A stretch of 61,618 nt of DNA, the filler included, from Stramenopiles sp. TOSAG23-3 (taxonomy: Eukaryota): assembly GCA_900128585.1 (NCBI GenBank). It is 16 parts of 16 records of this genome, joined end to end, with 100 filler letters (N's around TTAATTAATTAA, not from the genome) between each part and the next. Parts side by side here need not be neighbours in the genome. Positions count along the whole stretch, not along the records: positions 30,944 to 34,702 come from LT644088.1; positions 34,803 to 38,560 come from LT644089.1; positions 38,661 to 42,416 come from LT644090.1; positions 42,517 to 46,263 come from LT644091.1; 12 more parts are not named here. One strand, 5' to 3'. Below the pieces are notes generated by a model. It had not been told where the DNA came from and made no database searches. It worked only from the letters and a program-made list of their open reading frames with translations. Both the position numbers and the translations under genes were made by a program. Below, piece by piece: positions 34,416 to 44,351 of this stretch (position 1 is the stretch's first letter; each line of letters starts with the position of its first letter).

Positions 34416-35174
34416 GCCAACTAACCGGGACCGAAAAATATAATCCCACAAAACATCTGTATAATGGGCGAAGAAAGACCACGACACGATTCTGCAGCGT
34501 ATTCGACGAAAATTTAATTGTATATCGACGTTGTATACTGAGCACTATGTGTTACTTTTCCCGTGGCTCGTTTTAGATTTTTGTACCTGACTGTTGCGAT
34601 GCACAATTACGATCACTTTGGGGGTGTCGATAAAATTTCATTTTTTTACCATTTTTTAACCGATTGGTTTAATGCTGTATCTATATTATTAAGTGTACAG
34701 TANNNNNNNNNNNNNNNNNNNNNNNNNNNNNNNNNNNNNNNNNNNNTTAATTAATTAANNNNNNNNNNNNNNNNNNNNNNNNNNNNNNNNNNNNNNNNNN
34801 NNTCCCTGCTAGTTTTTTAATTAAAAAAAGTTCACACACATACGCACCCCTCTGGACACAAAACCGGTTAAGTACAATATTATTAATAATAAAATTATTA
34901 TAAAAATAAATTATAACAAAATCACACCACAGCAATGACTGTATTTCATTCTGTATCTTTTTTCTTCTTCTCATTTTTTTCCTCGTACTACTACTATAAT
35001 AATCACCAAATCTATATGAAAATAAAAATAGATTGAAATTTAAATAAAATACACACAGCATAAAGTATTATTATCTGCTGTGTTTATTTATTGCTTTTTA
35101 TGGTCGGTCGAGAGTCTCAACAAAAAAATTGTTTTTATTAGAGCGCCGCTCTAAAAATGTCTTCTTCTTCTTCT

Positions 35175-38100
35175 TCAGTTTCTTTTTCTTTCTTCCGATG
35201 ACCACTCTATGTCACCAATTTCAATAGGCATGGCGGTGACAGATTTTTCTGAGAATGTGTTCAGCACTAACGATGGGTGGAGTTCTGCGTCGTACGCAAC
35301 CTCGATTGGGTAATTTATATGGCTCCCGTCCCGGAGTTTGTCCTCCCGATAACAATCGACTACAAATGTTATCATTGATGGTCGACACGTGACTTCTAAC
35401 CACTGGTGATGCTCGGTGGAGTTGTGCACAGGGACATTGTCGTATCTTCCGTGCGTGGAACCGCCGCGGTATTTCAAGTCGATTCCAAATATTCCGCAAA
35501 ATGGCAAAAGCATGGCTGCCATTGTACTTGATGTAGTGTGGCAATGGCCTTGGCCACCTGCTGCCAACCGGCCAATGTCGTCACCGACGTAACGGGACCG
35601 TGCACGCGTATGCTGACCGTCCCGGGTGAGCACATCGCCGTCACCGCGCTGAAACGTAATCATGTCGACGCACTTGTGGACCACCTGTATCACTTGCTTC
35701 TGCACCTTTATGCAAGTTTCGGCGTCTTTGAAATCAATCGATTCTGCAAGGGGGGCAAGGCGACGTGCGATGTCCCAGAGTTTGGCTTTTGTTATTTTTT
35801 TTGTGTAGTCTACCCACAGGCCATCTTCTAGCAGGAGTCTGCCAGCAACTACGCCACGAGGAAACTGTTGCCCGTTGTTCCATTCAGCTAGTTGGTCGGG
35901 ACTCAGTTGCATTCGGTAAGGCAAGTTGGGTCTGCCGTACGCTGGTATACTGACCTCAATCTTCGCTGCTCCCTTCCTCAAATTGGTTATGCGCCCTCTC
36001 CAAGTACTGTATAGCCGAGCGTGAGGGTTCCCTTTGTACATCAGGAAAGCGCTGTCCGACGGGATTGGGCAGACCGGCGCTTTTACTAGCACGGAACGTC
36101 CTTCAAAGAAACGAGGACTGCGAAGGACACTTCGCATTCCAGCAACGTCAAATTGCTTCCAAACTCCGTATCGAACAAACATGCCAGGGTCACATAGCAA
36201 TATATCTCGATTAATGACGGGCAATTTTCTAGCAAGGGAGATTTCCAATTTGCTGTTTGCAATAATCTTTTGGAATAATTGTGCGCAGTTCTCCTTCGAT
36301 AGCATGGACTGGAATTTGGCGACAGCATCGGCCGCGGGGTCTTTGGCTTGAAAACACTTTGGGTCGTAGTGCCCCGCTTTTGCTTTCGAGAGAAAGACCA
36401 CATTTGATTGTCGCTCCACAGCCTTGCCTGCTACGTCCGTATCCCTCATTTTAGGTCGATTCTGAATTTGAGACAAGTTGGGCATCGGGTTCTTTCCCAA
36501 TAAAAATTTTACTATCTCCAGTTCGACATCTTCATTATTTCGCTCTGTAAAAATGTATTCTTTGTACAATTTTGGGAGCATTCCTTTCATTCGCTTGGCA
36601 GTTCCTTTCCAAGAGTTCCAGGGATGAAAATTATCTCGTTTTCCAAAAATAACTTGGACCGGGCAGACGATATTTTTCAGATATATGTCCAATAGCTGCT
36701 CTTTCATTGCTGGGGGATGGAAAGCGACGACGTTGTCCAGAGCTTTTCTGTGGGTTTTGCTCGTTGCCATGGCAAGGGCAATCCCGCCCCCCCAGTCGTA
36801 CCCAACCAAACTGTACTGTCTAAATCCTAACGTTTTTCGAACTTCGTCAACCAGGGACGCCGCGCCACGCTTCTTGAGGACATTCTCTGATCGGCACCTT
36901 AATTCTTCGCCCGACGATTCACCGCACCCAGGCATGTCAATTGCGACCACGTAATAGTTGGAGTACACCAACGCCCCCAACAGCCAGTCACCGTACGAGC
37001 TTTCCGCGCACGACGGGGACCCGTGAAGACAAACTACAGCAGGGTTTTCTGGGTGACCATACGCGAGGTAAGAAATATTGCCGAACGAAGTCTCCGTGAA
37101 AAACCGACCGCCATTTCCGTTGCCCAGGACCATGCCTTTCCACGGAACAGTAGGCATTTGTTTCTTGCCCAGTTCCCTTTTTTTAGGTTTGACCCTGCGT
37201 GCGACTGGGACCAGGGGCAATTTGTTGTATTTGACCGTGTTTCGAACCATGGAGCAAGCGGCTCCAAACTTGAGCGTTCCCACGGTCTCCTGGCAATGCT
37301 GTTGCGAAGGGGAGACAGTGGCAATTAGTGTTGTCTTTGAGTTTCCTCCTATGGCATCTTTTAACACCGCGCAAAGGGGGTTGTCACGGTATGGAATATG
37401 CACCGGTTGATTAGTGCTACTGTTCACCGCTCGCACGACGCGAACAAGAGAAAACAAGGAAGAGTTGATAGACACGGCATCCCGAAAGTCGCTGCCGATG
37501 ACCTGGGAATCCTTTACCCTTTCGCTGCCGGCAAGGTCGACGATGTTGATCTTTGCTTGGGTTTCCTTCGTAGAGCAGTTTAAATGGAACGTTAATATGG
37601 CGTGGCTTCTTGACGACGTCGAGTTCAGGCGCGTGCCAACGGTCACGCGGTTTTTCAGACAACGTTTGATGAAATTGTTTAGCTGGGCTCGCCCTTCGAC
37701 CTTTGCTTGCGACAAACCCGGTACTAAAATTTCCCCCGTTTTCGAGTTTTCTTGGATCCGCAGAGATCTGTTTGCATTAGGGTTGCTTAAATCGGAAATG
37801 TTCTTGTTATAAATTTGCATGAACGATGCGCTGACCTCAACGCTTGGTTCGGAAAAAAGGTCTGCAGAAATAAGGTCAACAATTGCATCTTTTCCAGCAA
37901 ACATAGTGTACGTTTTCCCCGACCCGGTCTGCCCGTAAGCAAAGATCGTGTTGTTTCGGCCATTTATTGCGCTCTCCACTATGCCACCGCAGAAACTAGA
38001 GTACACGAACGCTGTTGTCGTAGTACTGCCAAAAACACGGTCAAAATTAAATTTTGCCAACGTCGTTGGGTCCTCACCAGATACCAGTGCCCCAGAATCG

Positions 38101-38264
38101 TCCACAAGGACCGGAACATCCTTTTTTACCACGTATATTTCCCCGTCCTCCCCATGTTTCGGGAGGCCAACACAGGATCGGAAAGTCCCCTTCGCCGTCA
38201 CTTCCCTTTCCAATGCAGGCCGCACACGAATTGCGACGGCCACGTTTTCTTTTCTTCGATTCAT
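35175..38264 (-). CDS. Kinesin motor fused to an alpha/beta-hydrolase and a transglutaminase-like domain
   Basis: Motor: VAIRVRP, FNFDRVF, GQTGSGKT, NSTSSRSH, DLAGSE, HIPYRD. Hydrolase: LHG, DMPGCGES, GYDWGG. TGase-like: GHCHTTS...HQWLEV...VVD. Confidence 0.9.
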   Translation of the reverse strand: MNRRKENVAVAIRVRPALEREVTAKGTFRSCVGLPKHGEDGEIYVVKKDVPVLVDDSGALVSGEDPTTLAKFNFDRVFGSTTTTAFVYSSFCGGIVESAINGRNNTIFAYGQTGSGKTYTMFAGKDAIVDLISADLFSEPSVEVSASFMQIYNKNISDLSNPNANRSLRIQENSKTGEILVPGLSQAKVEGRAQLNNFIKRCLKNRVTVGTRLNSTSSRSHAILTFHLNCSTKETQAKINIVDLAGSERVKDSQVIGSDFRDAVSINSSLFSLVRVVRAVNSSTNQPVHIPYRDNPLCAVLKDAIGGNSKTTLIATVSPSQQHCQETVGTLKFGAACSMVRNTVKYNKLPLVPVARRVKPKKRELGKKQMPTVPWKGMVLGNGNGGRFFTETSFGNISYLAYGHPENPAVVCLHGSPSCAESSYGDWLLGALVYSNYYVVAIDMPGCGESSGEELRCRSENVLKKRGAASLVDEVRKTLGFRQYSLVGYDWGGGIALAMATSKTHRKALDNVVAFHPPAMKEQLLDIYLKNIVCPVQVIFGKRDNFHPWNSWKGTAKRMKGMLPKLYKEYIFTERNNEDVELEIVKFLLGKNPMPNLSQIQNRPKMRDTDVAGKAVERQSNVVFLSKAKAGHYDPKCFQAKDPAADAVAKFQSMLSKENCAQLFQKIIANSKLEISLARKLPVINRDILLCDPGMFVRYGVWKQFDVAGMRSVLRSPRFFEGRSVLVKAPVCPIPSDSAFLMYKGNPHARLYSTWRGRITNLRKGAAKIEVSIPAYGRPNLPYRMQLSPDQLAEWNNGQQFPRGVVAGRLLLEDGLWVDYTKKITKAKLWDIARRLAPLAESIDFKDAETCIKVQKQVIQVVHKCVDMITFQRGDGDVLTRDGQHTRARSRYVGDDIGRLAAGGQGHCHTTSSTMAAMLLPFCGIFGIDLKYRGGSTHGRYDNVPVHNSTEHHQWLEVTCRPSMITFVVDCYREDKLRDGSHINYPIEVAYDAELHPSLVLNTFSEKSVTAMPIEIGDIEWSSEERKRN

Positions 38265-38661
38265 TTAAAATCGCGTTGTTTTCAAATTGAGCAATGTCTC
38301 TCTTTTCTTTCTTTTATATTAATTTCTCAAAATTAATTTTATCGTTTTAGTCTTTTTTAATACTCAATCCTTTTCGTTTTCACTGTTCGCTACCCGTACT
38401 TTTTTTTTTTTAAAATTAATTAATGTGGTAATATAATAGTCTATAGACTATGTATAATAATAATAGAGCTAACAGTATAGCTAGAATAAAAAAAATGTGG
38501 AGGTGGTGGGTTATTATTGATTAGAATCATAAATCTAAATATTTAATATAGACAGAGCATNNNNNNNNNNNNNNNNNNNNNNNNNNNNNNNNNNNNNNNN
38601 NNNNTTAATTAATTAANNNNNNNNNNNNNNNNNNNNNNNNNNNNNNNNNNNNNNNNNNNNT

Positions 38662-39357
38662 GCGACCCTGTACGCGCTTGGGGAAGACTTCTACCCCTTT
38701 GTCGCGGAAACCAGGCGGTGTTCACAGGACGAGTACTTTGCTTACACGGGATGGGTCGGAATCTTTGGGCTTTTGGAGTACGCGTTTGCCTGCTTGGCGG
38801 CCAATTTTCGTGCTGGGCAGAACCACGTCATGGAAAATTTTTTTACTGTTCTCTCGGTTCCAGGATCAATTGTATGGCTCATTGCAGTGTCGTTCTACGG
38901 GGCGTGCAAAAACAACGGTTTCACTGTGATTGTCCCGTTTGTCATTTCAATTACTGCGTGCTTTGTGCTGTTCGTCGGTCTGAACGTTGCCTGGATCGTT
39001 CGACAGCACAAGAGGCAAAGGCAGAGCCAGGACACTCTCTTGTTGTCCGACAATTCACGCGGCAGGGATGACATTGTCTATGGGTCGGCGGCGGAGTCGT
39101 ACACACTGGCGCCAGACTTCGAAGGGGATGCATCGGCTCCGGTGGCACAGGATGCAGAAAAGGGCGAGGAAATAATCGTTGCTCCGGATGCAGAAACAAC
39201 GGTGGAGCAGTTCCTTCGAGAAGTAAAATCGCTTGAGTACCGATGTTTTCGCTGCATCCAACCATCCCACTTCACCCTTCTTTTTCTTGTCTTGGAGTAC
39301 CTCGCTGTGGGCTGGACAATGTACGTTGTCAGGGAGGAGGTAAAACAGAAGCAGTGA
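38662..39357 (+). CDS. Multi-pass membrane protein, 5' truncated
   Basis: Frame open from contig edge; four hydrophobic segments. Confidence 0.6.
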   Translation, partial: ATLYALGEDFYPFVAETRRCSQDEYFAYTGWVGIFGLLEYAFACLAANFRAGQNHVMENFFTVLSVPGSIVWLIAVSFYGACKNNGFTVIVPFVISITACFVLFVGLNVAWIVRQHKRQRQSQDTLLLSDNSRGRDDIVYGSAAESYTLAPDFEGDASAPVAQDAEKGEEIIVAPDAETTVEQFLREVKSLEYRCFRCIQPSHFTLLFLVLEYLAVGWTMYVVREEVKQKQ

Positions 39358-39877
39358 AATACTCGTGTGTACACAGGTAGTTTTGTCGCCTCATGTCGGC
39401 ATGTCGGGCGGACGAAGGTCGTTCAATTTGTAAAAGTGTACTAAAATATAACATATATACCTTTTGTTTTCCCCTATCTAATTTCATGAATATTATATAA
39501 TAAATATGACAACAACACAACACAAGGACGGCGGAAGACGGTAGAAGAAGAAGAAAAGAAGAGCAAGAAAAGATGAATTCAATTTAGAATGTATATATAG
39601 ACGACTAGTTAGATGCATATGATTTGACAACAGAGAAAGCTCTGTGCTTTTGTGCGTAATCATGAATGAACGAAAGAAAGAAATAAAGAAGAAAAAATCG
39701 GTGAAATCGGTTGTTGGTTCGATTTTGTATTTAATAGTGACGTTTAGTGTTTGGTTGGTTGGTTGACTCCATCCCTCTTCCCAGTAATAATAGAGCAATG
39801 AGAGCATGCACGGGTAGATTGGGGTAACGGTGGGTAGTCGCGCAGGGTTTCTTTCCATATACTAATAAAGAAACGCA

Positions 39878-42416
39878 ATGGCCTCCTCTTCTGGTGATGC
39901 GACTGGTTGTTCCATCGCAATGTTGAGAATAGAAGATGTGTGCAAAGAACTAGGCCTAATTTTTGACTCCAGAACGAAGGAGTGGGTTTCGCAAACGTAC
40001 GGAACGCTGTCAAGAAAGTTTGCCGGAGCCGTGGAGAATATTTTGGAAGGCCTCGTTCGCTCGGAAAAACAGGTGCCCACAAGCAAGAAGGTTGTTGCGA
40101 TGTCGGCCCTGATCGCGAGCGATGCCAAAGATGGGTCGGCAAACAGTAGAAACTCTTTCCTTGTTTGCAAACTTAAAGTTACGAAGCAATTGTCCCCCGT
40201 GAACGGTTTTGTTCGCCTCACCACGTACGACATGACGGGTTCACTGCCTTGTATTGTGAACAGCTCGTCCAGGGTGGAACTGACGGAAGGAGTTTGGCTT
40301 TTTAACTGTTGGGACGTGGCCATGTTTGCCGTGCCTTCCGTGCGCTTACCGCTACAACTTGATGCAAAAGTTCCGGGAGATGTCCCGGTACGGTTGCAGC
40401 GGTACGTTCAGCTGACTCTTGGTGGTTGGGAACATCCGTCGTGCACGCGGCTGGACGAGTGGTGCGCTGCCATGGGGTCCAGGCGATTCGACACGGGCGA
40501 GTCCATGCAAAGGAAGGTAATTCTGAACAGGGCACTGAGCATTGCAGAGATTCACAAGTTAACGGAGGTCGATGGTCATCCCTGGCCGGCTCTAGTAGCG
40601 CTGAGGTTTACCATCAGGGCCGTGAGCCCCGTGCTCTCCTACAGGAACGCAAACGCCTCCAGCTCCGAGCAGACGAAACAGGTGTTGCTACTAGCGTCTG
40701 ACAAAGGGGGTTCTCGCACAGTCACGATCGAGCTGCGCGGGCGGATGGCTCTGGACTGGTACCCGTTTTTGCTTGTAGGGGCATCGTATGCTCTCACAAA
40801 CTTGAAACTTGTAGAAAAAGACGTTAGCGGGAACCGGCTGTACATGTTGGTGCCCACCTCGTCGATTGACGAGGGGAGGGAGGGGCCCGGCCCACACCAC
40901 GCTCGCAAAAAGCGGCGACGAGCGAAGCCAACGTTGGTATCGTGCAGCAGTGGGTCGTTGCATCTCGCTGGCGACAACGAGGGGCCTCACACAGGGGCCG
41001 GGGAAGATGGTGACAGCACGGCAGATCGATGGCACCGTTGCCTTAGGGGCACCGTCAGTTACCAGGGAACTGTTACCGGGCGGTTGGCCCAAGACGTCTT
41101 TGAACTGGACGGCCCCGGGGGATACAAATTGTTGCTTTCGAACTCTGGCGAATCGTGTACAAATGGGGGGGTCGCAATTGTTCCAGGGGCAGAGATTGTT
41201 GCGTGCAATGTTCATCGAATATACACCCCATTCGGGAAAATGAAAGGCTTCGGGACATGCTCCGCAAGTCAAATACAAATCGCTAATTTTTCAAAACGTC
41301 CGTGCTATGGGCAAGTGCTCCGTCGCGCAAAGTCCCATGCGAAAGGACTCTACAGACACTTTGGGCTAAACCTAAGGGAATCGTTGTGGGTCAACGATTT
41401 GCTCCGCAGCTTGGAAACGGACTTTTTTCGGTCGGCGGGGCCGTTTGGTCTCCTGCGGGAATTTGACCCAAAGCGGGGTGGCAGTGGGGTGTACATAATG
41501 GAAACCCTCTTAAACCATTTCCAGTTTTTCACCAGAACGAAGAGGAGCGCGGAACGATCGAGCGTTGACGGGGAATCACGCTGTGCGATCCGGCGGAACG
41601 TCTTCTTGGAATTTCTGTTTCACGAACGTTTTTGTCAAAGGAATATTGATTTTTCGTGCTTTCCGGATGAGGAAGGGTGTCCGGAAACCAACATATCGCT
41701 GCCTCCCCCACCGCTTCCCACGTGCGTTTCCATTGGCTTTTTCAAAACGGTTCCCTTGGAGTGCTTAAAAGAAGAGTACGAAGTGAGTTCCAGCGACATG
41801 CTGTTCCAGTACAAAGTGGTCCCATCGAAGATCGTTCTGAAGCGTGCGGAAATTCCGTTCACGTTGGCTCGCTTGGACGGTTGTTCGAGAACAGGGCAGT
41901 TAGTGTTGCAGGACGACGCCAACAGTTTGCCCGCGGTCGTGAACAAGAGTGGCAATGAGGACTTACTACCTTTGATCACCCAATCGTTTGGCAAACACCC
42001 GAGCCGGATAGTGATGCTCCAGGATTTTCTGCTCGCAGAAGAAAGCTTTGGCAAACGCAGAGGGCGAAGGTGTGCGATACTTGATTTCAATGCCATTGTT
42101 CCGGGTGCAACCGACACGTTTGGGGACCGAAAGTTTGATTATCCGTACAAATCGGCAGTGGGGCGAGCCACGGATCGAGTGCAGCCTGCTGTGATAAAAC
42201 TCCGCATCTTGTCTACATCTGCTGTGTGTGCGAAATGGGGAGCCCCGCACCCCTTTTCGTGTTTGGAATGTACCATCAACGTTGAGGTTCTCGAGCCCGT
42301 AGTACTAGGGGGGCATGCAAAAAGCGGCAGTTTCGACAAAGGCAAACTGCTGACGCTCCGATCGGGGGCGTTGGTGTATCACTCTGCTGGTGGCGCCATG
42401 CAGCCGTCGAATCGAC
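39878..42416 (+). CDS. CTC1: CST complex subunit CTC1-like OB-fold protein, 3' truncated
   Basis: YDMTGSLPCIV; WYPFLLVGASYALTNL; VSYQGTVTG...FELDG...LLLS...PGAEIVACNVH...GTCSASQIQIANFS; RNVFLEFLFH; LDGCSRTGQLVLQD. Confidence 0.75.
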
Positions 42417-42705
42417 NNNNNNNNNNNNNNNNNNNNNNNNNNNNNNNNNNNNNNNNNNNNTTAATTAATTAANNNNNNNNNNNNNNNNNNNNNNNNNNNN
42501 NNNNNNNNNNNNNNNNAAAATATTAAAATAATTATTAACAAATTGTTTCGACTCGGTGTGGAATACATATATCATATCAAATAGAGTAGAGGTCAGAAAT
42601 AATAACGATGACGTGTGTGCGTGAGGCTTGGGTGAGTGTATATACAATTTGTACACTGGCTATATACGATAGTGGTCGCCATGTTGTTGGAAAGCGAGTT
42701 GTAAC

Positions 42706-43989
42706 ATGGGAAACGGTTCCAGTGCCGAAGAGGCGGGCGAAGCGAGCGCGGAGTCCAAGGTCAACGCCCCCTTGCCGTTTAATGAGCATGCCGATTTTAT
42801 GTCGGAAGGGTGGAGCGAGCGGATGGGCATTCTGGGGAAGACGATGCAAGAAAAAGGCGTGAAATTTGTGTTGTTTGTTCATGGGACGTTCGTCGGGCCG
42901 ATGGGCGTACTATCCTTGGTTCCCGGCCTGGGCACGATGCTCCCGCTCTCGCCGGCGCTGGCCCCCTCGCAGTCGAACACCCGCACGGTGGGGGACGCGT
43001 TCGTGGGGGACGTCAGCAACTACACTGCTGAGTACGTGCGCGCGTTCGAGTCGGCCACAAAAATCACCAGCAATAGGTTCCTGTGGAGCAGTGAGAACAA
43101 CAACCGGGCCCGGCTGGATGCCGCAGTGGAATTGGCGGTGCATTTGTGCAGTTTGATCGATGGGGGGCGCGTCGTAGGGCACGGCCCCCATCGAATATTG
43201 GTTCATGCCCACTCTCATGGGGGCCAGGTGCTGGCGCTCCTAACCCACCTTTTGTCCGCGATTCAGGGGTCGGGCGAAGACGGGCCCGGCACGTGCGACC
43301 ACTACAGCACCAGCAATGGGGAAGCACTTGGGTTTGGCACACAACTGTTTCACTTTTTGAACAAGTACCCGCACGCCTCCATCGGCCTTGACGAACTCCA
43401 GCGGTGCCTGAAAGTGGTCTCTTCTGTGCACCTGGACATTGTCACGTTCGGCACTCCCGTCCGAATCTTATGGGCCAGCTACGAACGGTTTCGCCTCCTC
43501 CCGTTCGTGAACCACCGTTCCGAATCATCGCTTTGGGGCGCCCTGGTAGCCCGCGATGGCGATTACATCCAAGACTGGGCGATCCAAGGAACGGATACCC
43601 CACGGCACTTTGCGCACGGGGAGGAAGATGCCGCGTTGGCAAGCGTGATTGGGGATGCCGGGGCGTTTGCCCCGACCCTGCTTGCCAGCTTTCTTCGCGC
43701 GGGCAAAGCCCCTCAGGCTGCATCGGTCCATAAATGCGGCCGCAGATGCCCGGTATATTACGGTACGGGCATAGAAGTGGAGAGTAACGTGTACATTGAT
43801 TACGAAGACGACAAGAATTCCTCCCAGCTGTTCGCTGCGACCGATAGCCACATGGGGCATGGGGTATATACGAAGAGGAACGCGATGCTATTCAATGCCA
43901 TTCAAATCAGCAAGCGCTGGTACGACGGCGCCGGCGATGACGAGGAGGGGGACGAGGGTTTAGTGGCGACTTTCAAATTTAACAAATGA
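42706..43989 (+). CDS. Alpha/beta-hydrolase-fold protein of bacterial type with an MGxxxS N-terminus
   Basis: LFVHGTF, FLWSSEN, HAHSHGG nucleophile elbow, IVTFGTP, GDYIQ, GHGVY. Confidence 0.8.
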   Translation: MGNGSSAEEAGEASAESKVNAPLPFNEHADFMSEGWSERMGILGKTMQEKGVKFVLFVHGTFVGPMGVLSLVPGLGTMLPLSPALAPSQSNTRTVGDAFVGDVSNYTAEYVRAFESATKITSNRFLWSSENNNRARLDAAVELAVHLCSLIDGGRVVGHGPHRILVHAHSHGGQVLALLTHLLSAIQGSGEDGPGTCDHYSTSNGEALGFGTQLFHFLNKYPHASIGLDELQRCLKVVSSVHLDIVTFGTPVRILWASYERFRLLPFVNHRSESSLWGALVARDGDYIQDWAIQGTDTPRHFAHGEEDAALASVIGDAGAFAPTLLASFLRAGKAPQAASVHKCGRRCPVYYGTGIEVESNVYIDYEDDKNSSQLFAATDSHMGHGVYTKRNAMLFNAIQISKRWYDGAGDDEEGDEGLVATFKFNK

Positions 43990-44351
43990 AAGAGAGTGCA
44001 AATGTAATTATCACGAGTTTAAATGAAAAAACAAAGCATTTTTGATCAAATTCGACGTCATCCCTTAGCTACAAATGTTATTGATACTTCTTTTAGCTTT
44101 AGTTCTCAATCTCTTTATTGATTAAAAAACAAGAAAATTGGAATTGATTACACTCTAACATTACAACAGTAGAGATCAGTTCGCAGTATGTACATTAGTT
44201 TTAATAACATATGATACTATCACATCATAATTTGTTTTTTTTCATATGATATGATATTTGATGGTTCTTACTTTGCTTACATATTTTGTGAACTCTGAAG
44301 TTATCACATATTTAAAAAAATTCAATATGCTGACCGGTTTCCGTTTTCCTC

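Noticed and set aside
28701-38264. Apparent tubulin-modification cluster (TTL ligase near the kinesin-transglutaminase fusion)
   Set aside because: The genes are on different contigs separated by two linkers; their proximity comes from size sorting.
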